64,000 nt of DNA from an uncultured delta proteobacterium (GTDB taxonomy: Bacteria; Desulfobacterota; Desulfobacteria; Desulfobacterales; B30-G6): NCBI GenBank assembly GCA_963823335.1, contig CAWGLD010000001.1, forward strand, positions 1,472,001 through 1,536,000, read 5' to 3'. The notes under the pieces are model-generated. The model was not told the DNA's origin. It searched no databases and was given only the letters and a program-made list of their open reading frames with translations. The stretch's first letter is position 1, and each line of letters begins with the position of its first letter. The position numbers and the translations under genes are program-made. Below are positions 1-10,823 of the stretch, piece by piece.

Positions 1-13
1 GAGATAGTTTTAA

Positions 14-238
14 ATGAATACTAAACTCGTTATCGCAATTGCTGTCCTGTTCGTTTTTGCCGTGTTCATTGTTCAGAATGCACAGGTTGTAACGGTCAGC
101 TTTCTTTTCTGGAAAATCGAAGCGTCCAGGGCCATTGTCCTGATGGTGACATTTGTGCTGGGATTGTTTACCGGATGGATAGTGACCCAGCTTTTTAAGA
201 AATCAAATAAGGATCTGAAGCGTAACAGCGAAAGCTAA
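14..238 (+). CDS. LapA/DUF1049-family small membrane protein
   Basis: 74 aa, two hydrophobic helices, motif FIVQNAQVVTVSFLFW typical of LapA-domain proteins. Confidence 0.8.
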   Translation: MNTKLVIAIAVLFVFAVFIVQNAQVVTVSFLFWKIEASRAIVLMVTFVLGLFTGWIVTQLFKKSNKDLKRNSES

Positions 239-389
239 CCCCATACAGTGCCGCGGCGTTAGCGGACGAATCCGACACAGTCAGAAGTCCTTAACAAGTA
301 TTGATCTTTTGGCATTCGTTTTTCCAGAGATAGTAATATATGAATCCCCGTCCCCAATGGTTTGTATAATTATAAATGGCGGTGAGCGG

Positions 390-2684
390 CTATTTCAATC
401 CGCTTTTTAACAGCGCCTCTGCCAGAGAGCCCTGGGGGGATGGTTTTTTTTCAGGTTTGCGGGCTTTTTGCGGTTTTGGTCCGTTTGGACGCGTTCTTTT
501 AATTTCGGGTTTTGGCGTGCTTTTTTCCATGGGGTCGACGGCCTTTTTCATGGAAAGGGAGATACGGTTTCTATCCATATCGATGTCGAGTACGGATACG
601 GTGACCTTTTGCTGTACCTTGACGATATCGGCCGGGTTTTTCACGAAGCGATCCGCCATCTGGCTGATGTGAACGAGGCCGTCCTGATGGACTCCGATGT
701 CTATGAATGCGCCAAAGGCCGTTATGTTCGTCACGATACCGGGAAGCTGCATGCCTTTACGCAGATCGGCGATTTTTTCGATACCGTCGGTAAATGAAAA
801 AGCCTCGAATGTTTTTCTTGGGTCGCGACCGGGTTTGACCAGTTCATCCAGGATGTCATTCAGTGTGGGGATGCCGATGGTGGTCGTTACATAGCGGGGT
901 AGATCGATCTGACGCCGCAGATCAGGCTGTTTCATCATGTCGGTTACTGACAGACCCAGGTCTCTGGCTATGGCATCCACGATGTCATAGCTTTCGGGAT
1001 GTACTGCACTGGCATCGAGGGGGTTCTCGCCGTCCATGACGCGCAGAAAACCTGCAGATTGCTCAAAGGCCTTGGGCCCCAGTCGAGGTACTTTCAGGAG
1101 TTGTTTGCGGTTCCGGAAGGGGCCCTGGGTGTCACGATGGAGGACCATGTTTTTGGCGATGCCGGCATTTAAGCCCGACACATAGGTCAAAAGCTGAGCA
1201 CTGGCCCTGTTCAGGTCGACACCGACACTGTTGACGCAGCTCATCACGACATCGTCGAGGGTCTGCTTGAGAGATGTCTGGTCCACATCGTGCTGGTACT
1301 GGCCCACACCGATGGCTTTGGGGTCTATTTTCACGAGTTCGGCCAGGGGATCCATCAGGCGCCGTCCGATGGAAACCGCTCCACGGACGGTCAGGTCGTG
1401 ATCCGGAAATTCTTCACGGGCCACTTCCGAAGCAGAATAAACCGAGGCACCGCTTTCATTGACCATGAGTACCTGTGTTATTTCCGATGACAGAGCCGTC
1501 TTGACAAAAGCTTCGGTTTCCCTGCCAGCGGTGCCGTTTCCCACTGCAATGGCTTCGATTTTAAACTGTTTGCACAGGGCTTGTAATCTGGTGCTATCTT
1601 CGCGTGCTTTATTCTGGGACATGTGCGGAAAAATCGTATCGTGATGCAGAAGTGTTCCCTGGCGGTCCAGGCAGGCAACCTTGCACCCTGTTCTGAATCC
1701 CGGATCGATCCCCATTACACGTTTTGCTCCCAGCGGTGGCGACAAAAGCAGCTGGCGCAGGTTTTCTGCAAAAACCTTTATGGCTTCGTTGTCGGCACGT
1801 GTTTTGGTATACATACGGGCTTCTGTTTCCATGGAATTGGACAGGAGCCGCTTGTAAGCGTCGATGACAGCCAGTTTCACCTGGGCTGAATCTTGCCCCT
1901 CACCCGTTACAAACAAGGCGTCGATCATGGCGACGGCGTCTTCTTCCACAGGCGAAATGTCCAGGATCAGCACGTTTTCCTTTTCTCCGCGCCGCATGGC
2001 CAGCATCCGGTGAGACGGTACTTTGGCAATCGGTTCCTCCCATTCGAAATAATCCTGGAACTTGGTACCGGTTTCCTCCATGCCGATGACCACCCGACTC
2101 TTTATCCTGGCCGTGGTAAGAAACAGGTTGCGCAGCCGGGAGCGGATTTCGTCGTTTTCATTGATGACTTCGGCTATAATATCCCGGGCACCGGCAAGGG
2201 CGTCCTCTATCGTGTCAACCTTTTTCTCAGGATCGATATAAAGGGCTGCTTCCTGAAATGGATCGATGTTTTTCTGTTCCAGGATCGAATGCGCCAGGGG
2301 TTCGAGGCCTTTTTCTTTTGCTATGACGGCTTTGGTGCGCCGTTTCGGTTTAAAGGGCAGATATATATCTTCAAGCACTACCATGGTCTGCGCCTCGAGG
2401 ACCTTTTGTTGGAGCTCATCTGTCAGGTGCCCGTGTTTTTCAAGAGATTTCAGGATGGCAGCCTGTCTTTCGCCTAGATCCCGCAACTGGTTTAGTCTGT
2501 CCCGTATGGTTGTCACGGCGACCTCATCCAGGCTTCCGGTAACCTCTTTTCGATAGCGCGCGATAAATGGAATGGTAGATCCATCCGCAAGCAGCGCAGC
2601 TACGGCACCTACGTATTGGTTCGTGATGCCAAGTTCCTTTGCTATGGTGATGATGGAGGTGTCTGTGTGCATGATCATACTCAC
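390..2684 (-). CDS. tex: Tex RNA-binding transcriptional accessory protein
   Basis: TIPFIARYRKEVTGSLDE N-terminus, YqgF-like GIDPGFRTGCK, HhH region, C-terminal S1 (FGAFIDIGVHQDGLVHIS); start may be ATG 2678 or 2672. Confidence 0.95.
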   Translation of the reverse strand: MSMIMHTDTSIITIAKELGITNQYVGAVAALLADGSTIPFIARYRKEVTGSLDEVAVTTIRDRLNQLRDLGERQAAILKSLEKHGHLTDELQQKVLEAQTMVVLEDIYLPFKPKRRTKAVIAKEKGLEPLAHSILEQKNIDPFQEAALYIDPEKKVDTIEDALAGARDIIAEVINENDEIRSRLRNLFLTTARIKSRVVIGMEETGTKFQDYFEWEEPIAKVPSHRMLAMRRGEKENVLILDISPVEEDAVAMIDALFVTGEGQDSAQVKLAVIDAYKRLLSNSMETEARMYTKTRADNEAIKVFAENLRQLLLSPPLGAKRVMGIDPGFRTGCKVACLDRQGTLLHHDTIFPHMSQNKAREDSTRLQALCKQFKIEAIAVGNGTAGRETEAFVKTALSSEITQVLMVNESGASVYSASEVAREEFPDHDLTVRGAVSIGRRLMDPLAELVKIDPKAIGVGQYQHDVDQTSLKQTLDDVVMSCVNSVGVDLNRASAQLLTYVSGLNAGIAKNMVLHRDTQGPFRNRKQLLKVPRLGPKAFEQSAGFLRVMDGENPLDASAVHPESYDIVDAIARDLGLSVTDMMKQPDLRRQIDLPRYVTTTIGIPTLNDILDELVKPGRDPRKTFEAFSFTDGIEKIADLRKGMQLPGIVTNITAFGAFIDIGVHQDGLVHISQMADRFVKNPADIVKVQQKVTVSVLDIDMDRNRISLSMKKAVDPMEKSTPKPEIKRTRPNGPKPQKARKPEKKPSPQGSLAEALLKSGLK

Positions 2685-4516
2685 TTGTATTTGGCCGCGT
2701 TTGCGGTATGACGTTTTGAGGCGGAAAGAATGGTTTTACGCATACGCAATGAGCGGGGGGTTACTTCTAACTGTTCATCTTCACGAATAAAGCTGATGGC
2801 AAATTCGAGGGTAAGCGGCTTGATGGGTGAGAGGATAACCGCTTCATCCTTGCCGGAGGCACGCATGTTGGTGAGCTTTTTTTCCTTGCAGGGGTTTACA
2901 TTGATGTCCTGGCCCCGGTTGTGCTCACCGATGATCATCCCCGCATAGGTTCGGTCCCCCGGTTCAATGAAGAGCCGCCCCCGGGGTTCGAGATTGAACA
3001 GCGCATAGGCTACCGCGGTCCCGGTTCGATCCGCAACCAGGGACCCGGTGAAGCGGCTGGAACAGTCTCCTCTGTAGTCACCGTATCCGTCAAAAATAGA
3101 ATTCAGGATACCGGTGCCGCGGGTGTCGGTGAGGAACTCATCCCGGTAGCCGATCAGGGCCCTGGCGGGGACCGAAAATTCAAAGCGCACCCGACCGCTG
3201 CCGTTGTTGACCAGGTTGATCATTTTTCCTTTGCGGAGGGAGAGTTTTTCCACCACGATGCCCAGGAAGGACTCTTCACAATCCACGAAAAGCTTTTCAA
3301 TGGGCTCCAGCCGTTTTCCCTTCTCGTGCCGGAAGATGACCTCCGGCTGTCCCACGCAGAACTCAAAGCCTTCGCGTCGCATGGTTTCAATCAAGATAGC
3401 CAGCTGAAATTCCCCTCTGCCCTTGATCAGAAAGCTGTCACGCTCATCGGTCTCAGCCAGCTGCACGGCGACGTTCTGGAGCGTTTCCTTTAGCAGTCGT
3501 TCACGCAGACGGCTCGACTGGACATATTTGCCTTCCTGGCCACCGAATGGTGACGTGTTGACCGAAAATTTCATGGAAACCGTGGGTTCGTCGACACGGA
3601 TCCTGGGGAGCGCTCTGGGGTGTTCGTGGTGGCAGATGGTATCACCGATCTTGACATTTTCGATACCGGCGATGACCACAATGTCGCCGGCTTGGACATC
3701 ATCCACACCGGTGAGGGTCATGCCTTCATAGATCTGCAGTTTGGAGACTTTCAAGGGGATCTGCTTCCCATTTTCCCCGATACAGACCAGGCTGTCGCGT
3801 GCGCGTGCGCTGCCGTTGAATATTTTGCCCACCGCGAGCCTCCCCAGGTAATCGGAATAACTGAGATCGGAGACACGCAGTTGAAACGGAGCTCCGGGAT
3901 CGTAAGAAGGGCCGGGTATTTCCTGAATAATGGTGTCGAACAACAGGTCCAGATTGTGGCCCTCTTCATCCGGCTTTTTGATAGCGATACCATCACGACC
4001 GATGGCATAGACAAGGGGGAAGTCGATCTGTTCATCCGTGGCCTCCAGATCGATGAGAAGATCATAGATTTCGTCGAGAACCGCATGGACGCGGGCATCC
4101 TGACGATCGATCTTGTTGATGACAACCACGATCTTGAGACCTGCCGCCAGGGCCTTTTTAAGGACAAAGCGGGTCTGGGGCAAAGGCCCTTCGGATGCGT
4201 CGACCAGCAGAATGGCGCCGTCTGCCATGGAAAGGGCACGTTCGACTTCACCGCCGAAATCGGCATGACCGGGAGTGTCTATGATGTTGATCCGCACTCC
4301 CTTCCACACAACCGAACAGTTTTTGGCTGCGATGGTGATGCCGCGTTCGCGCTCGAGGTCCATGGTATCCATGAGCCTGTCGTCCATAACCTGGCTGTCT
4401 CTGAAAAGGCCGCTCTGGCGAAACATGGCGTCTACCAGCGTTGTTTTGCCATGATCGACATGGGCAATTATGGCAATGTTTCTCAACTGGTTGTTTTGTT
4501 GGGGTATTACCGGCAT
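2681..4516 (-). CDS. typA: Translational GTPase TypA/BipA
   Basis: RNIAIIAHVDHGKTTLVD, DTPGHADFGGEVER, NKID, C-terminal KKLTNMRASGKDE; start trimmed to ATG 4516. Confidence 0.97.
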   Translation of the reverse strand: MPVIPQQNNQLRNIAIIAHVDHGKTTLVDAMFRQSGLFRDSQVMDDRLMDTMDLERERGITIAAKNCSVVWKGVRINIIDTPGHADFGGEVERALSMADGAILLVDASEGPLPQTRFVLKKALAAGLKIVVVINKIDRQDARVHAVLDEIYDLLIDLEATDEQIDFPLVYAIGRDGIAIKKPDEEGHNLDLLFDTIIQEIPGPSYDPGAPFQLRVSDLSYSDYLGRLAVGKIFNGSARARDSLVCIGENGKQIPLKVSKLQIYEGMTLTGVDDVQAGDIVVIAGIENVKIGDTICHHEHPRALPRIRVDEPTVSMKFSVNTSPFGGQEGKYVQSSRLRERLLKETLQNVAVQLAETDERDSFLIKGRGEFQLAILIETMRREGFEFCVGQPEVIFRHEKGKRLEPIEKLFVDCEESFLGIVVEKLSLRKGKMINLVNNGSGRVRFEFSVPARALIGYRDEFLTDTRGTGILNSIFDGYGDYRGDCSSRFTGSLVADRTGTAVAYALFNLEPRGRLFIEPGDRTYAGMIIGEHNRGQDINVNPCKEKKLTNMRASGKDEAVILSPIKPLTLEFAISFIREDEQLEVTPRSLRMRKTILSASKRHTANAAKYK

Positions 4517-4726
4517 TTCTTGTATCCTTGTCTTCTGTTCTAAAAACAAATTAAAAAGCATCAGCGCGGTACCGATGGTTGCCCGCTAATGCTATAGTAT
4601 GATGTCACGCTGAATACCTGGTTCAATGGATATGAAGGTAAGACGTTTCCTTGTGATTGCAAGAGGCTGGAAAGAAATAGAACAGTTACCTAAAACAGGT
4701 GACGACATCGCCTTGGATAAAAGGTA

Positions 4727-5953
4727 TTACCCGATTTTATTTGGAACCCCTTTTATGGCAGCGACGATGCGCCCAAGGGCCTCCATGAGAAGGGTCCGCG
4801 GACAGGCAATGTTGATGCGCTGGAATCCATCTCCTTCGGGTCCGAACAGGCTTCCTTCATCCAGAAAGACACGAGCCTGGTTCAGGAAGAGGTTTCTAAA
4901 CTGATGTTTGTCCAGGCCGAGGGAGCGACAGTCGAACCAGACAAGATACGTCCCCTGGGGCTGAATGACTTTGATTTCCGGGAGATCGCTCTTAAAAAGA
5001 CGCGTCAGCTCATTCAGATTTTTATTGAGATAGTGCAGAAGATCTTCAAGCCATGGTTCTCCCTGTTCATATGCGACACGGCACGCTGTTGCGCCGAAGG
5101 GATTGATTCCGAACAAACCGTTGGCAAGAAGACTTTCTTTGAATTGTTGACGGGTTTTTCTGTCCGGGATAAAGATGTTGGAAGTTTGAAGGCCTGCCAG
5201 GTTGAAGGTTTTACTCGGTGCGGTGCAGACGATACTGTTTTCTTGAAAGGCGCTGTCTGCCATGGAAAAGGGGCAGAACATCACACCTGGATAAACCAGG
5301 TCCCCGTGAATCTCATCTGAAATGACCTGCACGTGGTTGCGTTGACAGATGTGGCCAAAACGCTGGAGTTCTTCACGTGTCCAGACGCGGCCAACAGGAT
5401 TATGAGGACTGCATAAAATGGCCAGCTTGACATCCGGGTCGGCTGCTTTGCTTTCCAGGTCATCGTAATCCATGTGATATTGACCCTCAGTCAATACAAG
5501 GGCGTTGGATACGATCTGACAACCATTATTTTCTATGGCGCTGAAAAAGGGATAGTAGACGGGTTGCTGAATCAGAATCTTGTCTCCAGGTCGGGTAAGG
5601 GCCCGCACCAGCAGGTGCAGTGCCGGAACCACTCCCTGGGTAGTCACGATCCACGATTCTTCCACCGGCCATCCATGTCGCTTTTTCATCCAGCCGGTCA
5701 CGGCTTCCAAATAGGCCTGGTCGGGTTGCGTATAACCGAAAATGCCGTGTCGGGCGCGTTCCTGCAAGGCCTTGACAACCGGTTCAGGACTTGAAAAATC
5801 CATATCCGCCACCCACATGGGCAGAATCCGGTTTTCGCCGAAACAGGCATCGGTTCTCTTCTTTTTGGACGGGTCTTCCGAATCTAGAACAAATTCCCAT
5901 TTGACGGAACCGGTATGGCGGCGATCTATCTCGATGTCGAAGTTTGTCGGCAT
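4727..5953 (-). CDS. MalY/PatB-family PLP-dependent C-S lyase (cystathionine beta-lyase-like)
   Basis: LPMWVADMDF, LCSPHNPVGRVW, SDEIH, PLP-lysine motif APSKTFNLAGL. Confidence 0.92.
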   Translation of the reverse strand: MPTNFDIEIDRRHTGSVKWEFVLDSEDPSKKKRTDACFGENRILPMWVADMDFSSPEPVVKALQERARHGIFGYTQPDQAYLEAVTGWMKKRHGWPVEESWIVTTQGVVPALHLLVRALTRPGDKILIQQPVYYPFFSAIENNGCQIVSNALVLTEGQYHMDYDDLESKAADPDVKLAILCSPHNPVGRVWTREELQRFGHICQRNHVQVISDEIHGDLVYPGVMFCPFSMADSAFQENSIVCTAPSKTFNLAGLQTSNIFIPDRKTRQQFKESLLANGLFGINPFGATACRVAYEQGEPWLEDLLHYLNKNLNELTRLFKSDLPEIKVIQPQGTYLVWFDCRSLGLDKHQFRNLFLNQARVFLDEGSLFGPEGDGFQRINIACPRTLLMEALGRIVAAIKGVPNKIG

Positions 5954-6039
5954 GGTTTACTTCCCTTTTTTATATTGCCATGGTTATGGCATGCGGGTCG
6001 GGTGAAATCAAGCGGACTTTTAGCCTTAAGCGACAACTC

Positions 6040-6181
6040 AACTTTCGGGGTTCAGCGAACACGAAATGAATAATCCCCTGGCACTTTGCGAACTCGCCGT
6101 AAGGAACCCTAAACGCCTCAAACAGCGCAAATCGCCATTGGATCACCCATTTCGCTCTATCGATGGTGAAAACCAAAAGTT
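6040..6181. repeat. Imperfect palindromic intergenic element (MITE-like)
   Basis: AACTTTCGGGGTTCA...CGAAATGAATAATCC pairs with GGATCACCCATTTCG...TGAAAACCAAAAGTT; inner IR GGCACTTTGCG/CGCAAATCGCC. Confidence 0.5.
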
Positions 6182-6236
6182 AAGCTAAAAGCAATAAGCA
6201 TTTAGCGGCTCAAGGCTTACAGCTTATAGCTTAAGC
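6181..6236. repeat. Heptamer-repeat hairpin (TAAGCTA/GCTTACA type)
   Basis: TAAGCTA-AAAGCAA-TAAGC ... GCTTACA-GCTTATA-GCTTA; related to copies at 21539 and 49855. Confidence 0.6.
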
Positions 6237-6361
6237 CTCAAATAAGAAAATTGCAGAAATCTACTTCCCGTGATAATGTGCGCTGAATTGTATCTTACAC
6301 AACCTATCTGGAACCCTTGATCTTTGATCTTGGCCGAAATTATTTATTGAAAGGTTGCTAA

Positions 6362-8203
6362 ATGAAATTACCATTTCAGTGTCTCAAGCGATATATCACC
6401 TGGATGATAGCGGGGGCTATCGCTTTATCGTACACACCCTCTCTTTACGCCGCGGAATCAGAAATGCAATCCATTTCATGGTTTTTTCTCTGTGTCAGTA
6501 TGCTGGGCGGGTTGGCGTTGTTCCTTTACGGCATGGAAAAAATGAGTACCGGTCTGAAACGAACCGCCGGTAACAAGATGCGCGCTATACTTGCGGCACT
6601 GACCAGGAACCGCGTCATCGCGATGTTTGTAGGGGCCTTCGTTACGATGGTTATCCAGTCGAGCAGCGCCACGACGGTGATGCTGGTCAGTTTTGTCCAG
6701 GCGGGTCTGATGACATTTGTGCAGTCCATGGGGGTCATCCTGGGGGCCGATATCGGGACCACCGTCACGGCGCAGCTGATCGCCTTCAAGCTGACGGACT
6801 ATGCTCTGCTGATGGTCGCCATCGGGTTTTCGCTGCATATGTTCGGGAAGAAGGACATGACCAAAAACATCGGCGATGTAATTCTGGGGTTCGGCATTCT
6901 TTTTTTCGGCATGAAGCTCATGAGCGACGCCATGCAACCCCTGAGAACCTATGACGTGTTCATCGACACCATGAGGGAGATGGAGAATCCTTTGCTGGGA
7001 ATTTTGATCGGGGCTCTGTTTACGTCTCTGGTCCAGAGCAGCAGTGCTACTACCGGTGTCGTTATTGTTCTGGCTCAGCAGGGGCTTTTGACCCTCGAAG
7101 CAGGTATACCGCTGGTGTTCGGTGCCAACATCGGTACCTGTATCACGGCAGGGCTGGCTTCCATCGGCACTTCGCGTGAAGCCAAGCGGGTGGCCCTGGC
7201 GCATGTCCTTTTTAAAATTGCAGGTGTGCTCCTTTTTGTTTTCTGGATTCCGGGATTTGCGGAATTCATCCGCATGCTTGCTGAAAGGTTCGACTCCGGA
7301 ACAGCGCGCCAGATAGCCAATGCCCACACCATTTTCAACGTTGCTCTGGCCCTGATATTCCTGCCATTCACCGAACACTTTTCGCATCTCATTTTAAAGA
7401 TCCTTCCCATGGAAGAAAAGCCAAAAGATGTCATTATGACCACCAAGTACCTGGACGAGGAGAGCATCTCCACCCCGGCCGTGGCCCTGGACCTGGCCCG
7501 GGCGGAGGTTGCCAGGATGGCCAAGCTGGTCTGGCGGATGCTGGCCTCCATTATCATTCCCTTCATGTCGGATGAGAAGCTGATTGCAAAAGAAATATCA
7601 GACCCGGAGGAAAAGGATTTTCTCCTGCGGGAAATTCCTACAAAAGATGCCTGGCGGACGGACCTGACGCTTCTCCAGGGAATCGACATGCGGGAAGAAA
7701 AAATCGATTTCATCGAAGAAAAAATCCGGGAATATCTCTTCAAAATAACGGCCCGTGGTGTAGCCCCGGAACAGGCCAACGAAGCATTCGGCATGATTTC
7801 CATCGCAAGTGACATAGAGAGTGTGGCCGATCTCATTCACCGCAATATGGTGCCCCTGATCGCCAAGAAAAAAGATCTCATGATCGATTTTTCCGAAGAA
7901 GGAAAAGAGGAAATTCTGATATATCACCAGAAAGTCTGCCGGCGGATTGAACTCCTCAAAGAGTCATTTATGCAAATGGATCTCAATGCAGCCCGGGAGA
8001 TCATGTCCAGCGAACGCACGTATCTGGATCTGGAAGAGCAGTACCGCGCCAGGCATCTCGAACGTATTCGCCAGAAAAAGGCGGCGTCCGCCAAAACCCA
8101 CGAAATCCATATGGAATTGATGGACTTGCTGAAACAGATCGTGGTCTATTCGAGCAACATTGCCAAAACATTTCTCACAAAATGCCAGACCGAGAAGGAT
8201 TAG
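6362..8203 (+). CDS. Na+/phosphate cotransporter family protein with PhoU-like C-terminus
   Basis: Two QSSSATT repeats, GADIGTT and GANIGT motifs, IANAHTIFN, helical C-terminal region. Confidence 0.92.
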   Translation: MKLPFQCLKRYITWMIAGAIALSYTPSLYAAESEMQSISWFFLCVSMLGGLALFLYGMEKMSTGLKRTAGNKMRAILAALTRNRVIAMFVGAFVTMVIQSSSATTVMLVSFVQAGLMTFVQSMGVILGADIGTTVTAQLIAFKLTDYALLMVAIGFSLHMFGKKDMTKNIGDVILGFGILFFGMKLMSDAMQPLRTYDVFIDTMREMENPLLGILIGALFTSLVQSSSATTGVVIVLAQQGLLTLEAGIPLVFGANIGTCITAGLASIGTSREAKRVALAHVLFKIAGVLLFVFWIPGFAEFIRMLAERFDSGTARQIANAHTIFNVALALIFLPFTEHFSHLILKILPMEEKPKDVIMTTKYLDEESISTPAVALDLARAEVARMAKLVWRMLASIIIPFMSDEKLIAKEISDPEEKDFLLREIPTKDAWRTDLTLLQGIDMREEKIDFIEEKIREYLFKITARGVAPEQANEAFGMISIASDIESVADLIHRNMVPLIAKKKDLMIDFSEEGKEEILIYHQKVCRRIELLKESFMQMDLNAAREIMSSERTYLDLEEQYRARHLERIRQKKAASAKTHEIHMELMDLLKQIVVYSSNIAKTFLTKCQTEKD

Positions 8204-8295
8204 AAGGGTTGAAGACAAATTATCATGTCCTGACGCGCATAACGAAACATGAAACAACGACAACATATCATTAACTGTTCACACAGGAGAGAAAC

Positions 8296-8886
8296 ATGAT
8301 AGCACTCATAGTCATCGGCGGCATGATACTGCTGCTGATAGTCATCGGCGCAGGAATCTACAACGGAATGGTTACAGCACGGAATCAGTTCAAAAATGCC
8401 TATTCTCAGATCGATGTTCAATTGAAACGGCGTTACGATTTAATTCCCAACCTGGTAGAAACAGCCAAGGGGTACATGAAACATGAACGGGAGACCCTGG
8501 AGGCGGTCATAACGGCACGCAACCGTGCCATGAACGCCAACCAGCAGGCCTCCGGAAACCCGGGTGATCCAACCGCCATGAAAACGCTTGCCGGTGCGGA
8601 AGCATCGCTGACTGGAACCCTGGGGCGTCTTTTTGCCCTGGCGGAGAACTATCCGGATCTCAAGGCCAATGAGAACATGATCCAGCTTCAGGAAGAACTG
8701 ACCTCCACGGAAAACCGCGTCGCTTTTTCCCGGCAGGCATTCAACGATGCCGTCACCGAATTCAATACGCGTTGTGAAAAATTTCCTGCCAACCTCATCG
8801 CCGGATCCTTTGGTTTTCATCCGGCCGAACTTCTGGAATCAACCGAATCTCCAGAAGAACGAAAACCGGTCAAGGTATCTTTCTAA
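8296..8886 (+). CDS. lemA: LemA family protein
   Basis: N-terminal TM helix, IDVQLKRRYDLIPNLVETAKGY, ENYPDLKAN. Confidence 0.95.
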   Translation: MIALIVIGGMILLLIVIGAGIYNGMVTARNQFKNAYSQIDVQLKRRYDLIPNLVETAKGYMKHERETLEAVITARNRAMNANQQASGNPGDPTAMKTLAGAEASLTGTLGRLFALAENYPDLKANENMIQLQEELTSTENRVAFSRQAFNDAVTEFNTRCEKFPANLIAGSFGFHPAELLESTESPEERKPVKVSF

Positions 8887-8887
8887 G

Positions 8888-10771
8888 ATGGATTTTTTTG
8901 CCCGACAGAATCAATCACGGAAGCAGTCTCTATACCTGACCTTCCTGTTTGTTCTGGCAGTCATCTTTGTGGCCGTGGCTGTTTTTTTTGCTGTGAAGCT
9001 GGCCTTCTATGTATCCATGGACACGCTGAGTCTTTCAATGAATGGATTCAAATGGTTTGACCTTCAGTTGTTCCTGCTGGTGACAGTCGTGACCCTGGGC
9101 GTGATTATCCTGGGAAGTCTATTCAAGATGCTGCAGTTGAAAAAAGGGGGCAGCTATGTAGCGGAACACCTGGGTGGAAGACGGGTAACCCGTTTGTCCG
9201 CCGACAAGGACGAAAAAAGACTGCTCAATGTAGTGGAGGAAATGGCCATTGCCTCCGGTGTGCCGGTACCCCAGGTGTATCTCATGGCGGAGGAGACCGG
9301 CATCAATGCATTTGCGGCCGGCTACACCCCGGGGGACGCCGCCATTGCCGTCACGCGCGGCTGTCTTTCGACCTTGAACCGCGAGCAGTTGCAGGGGGTG
9401 ATCGCCCATGAGTTCAGCCATATCCTGAATGGTGACATGCGCTTGAACATACGCCTGATCGGGTTCTTATACGGCATCATGGTGATCGCGATCATAGGGC
9501 GGGGTCTCCTGCGGGGCAGTGGAAGGACGCGAAATAAAAAGGGGGGTGGCCAGACCATCCTGCTGGCCCTGGCCTTGATGGTGATCGGCTATATCGGCCA
9601 GCTTTTTGGCCGGATTATCCAGAGTGCGGTCTCACGCCAGAGAGAATTCCTTGCAGATGCATCTGCTGTTCAGTTTACGCGAAACCCAGGAGGTATCGCC
9701 GGAGCCTTGAAAATTATCGAAGGGTTCACCAACGGATCCAGGATTGCGTCTCCCAACGCACATGAAGCCAGCCATTTGTTTTTTTGCATGGCGATTCGTA
9801 GCTTGTTTGCAACACATCCTCCTTTGAATGAAAGGATCCGCAGGCTTGATCCCGGGTATTCCAGCCAGGTGAATGAATCCGGTTCAGTCCCCGGGGCGGT
9901 TTCCGGAGAACGATTCGATGCGTCGGTTTCCATGATGGCCGCCGATTCAGGCGAAGCCAGACAACACATCGGCCAAATAACACCCCGTCACGTAGACTAC
10001 AGCTCCAGACTTCTGGCCGCGCTTCCGGGAAAGATACGGGATGAACTGGATGATCCGCTGGGGGCCACGGCAATTGTCTGCGGCCTCTTGCTGGACAGGG
10101 ATCCAAAGGAAAGGGAGCACCAACTCAAGGTGATGGGCAATATGGCACCGCTTGAAGTGGTCCGCCAGACGTTGATGCTCGAAAAGGAGATACGAAGCCT
10201 GAAACCTGTTTTTTATCTTCCTGTTTTGGAACTGGCCATCCCTACTCTTAGGTGTCTGTCGGCAGCACAGTTTGCAGGGATGAAACGCTATGTTCAGGCC
10301 CTGGTAGAGGCGGACGGCAAGCTGACCCTGTTCGAGTTCGTATTACAGAAGATAGTGACACACCAGCTTGGTACGGGTCGCTTTCACTCCAGAACGCAGG
10401 ATATGGTTAAACAAATAGACCCCCTGCTGCCACAGATGGTCAACCTGCTGTCCATGCTTGCAAAATCGGGAAACACGGATATTCAGATGGCTGGAAAAGC
10501 GTTTAAGTCAGGATTTGAACAGCTGAGATCGGCGGGTGTCACAGGCAAGGAATCCCTGCTGGAAAGCGTATCTTTCAACGAGCTCGATATTGCTCTCGAT
10601 CGATTGGCACTGGCTGCTCCGAGCATCAAACGCGTAATTTTCGATGCCTGTTGCGGGTGTGTTTTATTTGACAAGAAAATCTCGCTTCCGGAAGCGGAAC
10701 TATTGCGGGCCACGGCTTCGGTCCTGGACATCCCCGTGCCGCCCTTTTTGTTTCACCCAATAAAATCGTAG
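8888..10771 (+). CDS. M48 family (HtpX-like) zinc metalloprotease with C-terminal extension
   Basis: NVVEEMAIASG, INAFAAG, HEFSH zinc motif, REFLADASAVQFTRNP, THPP; ATG 8888 lies just after the lemA stop. Confidence 0.92.
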   Translation: MDFFARQNQSRKQSLYLTFLFVLAVIFVAVAVFFAVKLAFYVSMDTLSLSMNGFKWFDLQLFLLVTVVTLGVIILGSLFKMLQLKKGGSYVAEHLGGRRVTRLSADKDEKRLLNVVEEMAIASGVPVPQVYLMAEETGINAFAAGYTPGDAAIAVTRGCLSTLNREQLQGVIAHEFSHILNGDMRLNIRLIGFLYGIMVIAIIGRGLLRGSGRTRNKKGGGQTILLALALMVIGYIGQLFGRIIQSAVSRQREFLADASAVQFTRNPGGIAGALKIIEGFTNGSRIASPNAHEASHLFFCMAIRSLFATHPPLNERIRRLDPGYSSQVNESGSVPGAVSGERFDASVSMMAADSGEARQHIGQITPRHVDYSSRLLAALPGKIRDELDDPLGATAIVCGLLLDRDPKEREHQLKVMGNMAPLEVVRQTLMLEKEIRSLKPVFYLPVLELAIPTLRCLSAAQFAGMKRYVQALVEADGKLTLFEFVLQKIVTHQLGTGRFHSRTQDMVKQIDPLLPQMVNLLSMLAKSGNTDIQMAGKAFKSGFEQLRSAGVTGKESLLESVSFNELDIALDRLALAAPSIKRVIFDACCGCVLFDKKISLPEAELLRATASVLDIPVPPFLFHPIKS

Positions 10772-10823
10772 ATACGATTTTATATGACGCGACGCTATCG
10801 CTTTTTTTTAAAAGGAATGAACC

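Noticed and set aside
233-264. attC site after the LapA-like gene (GCTAAC...GTTAGC)
   Set aside because: About 30 bp, too short for attC, and lacks L boxes.
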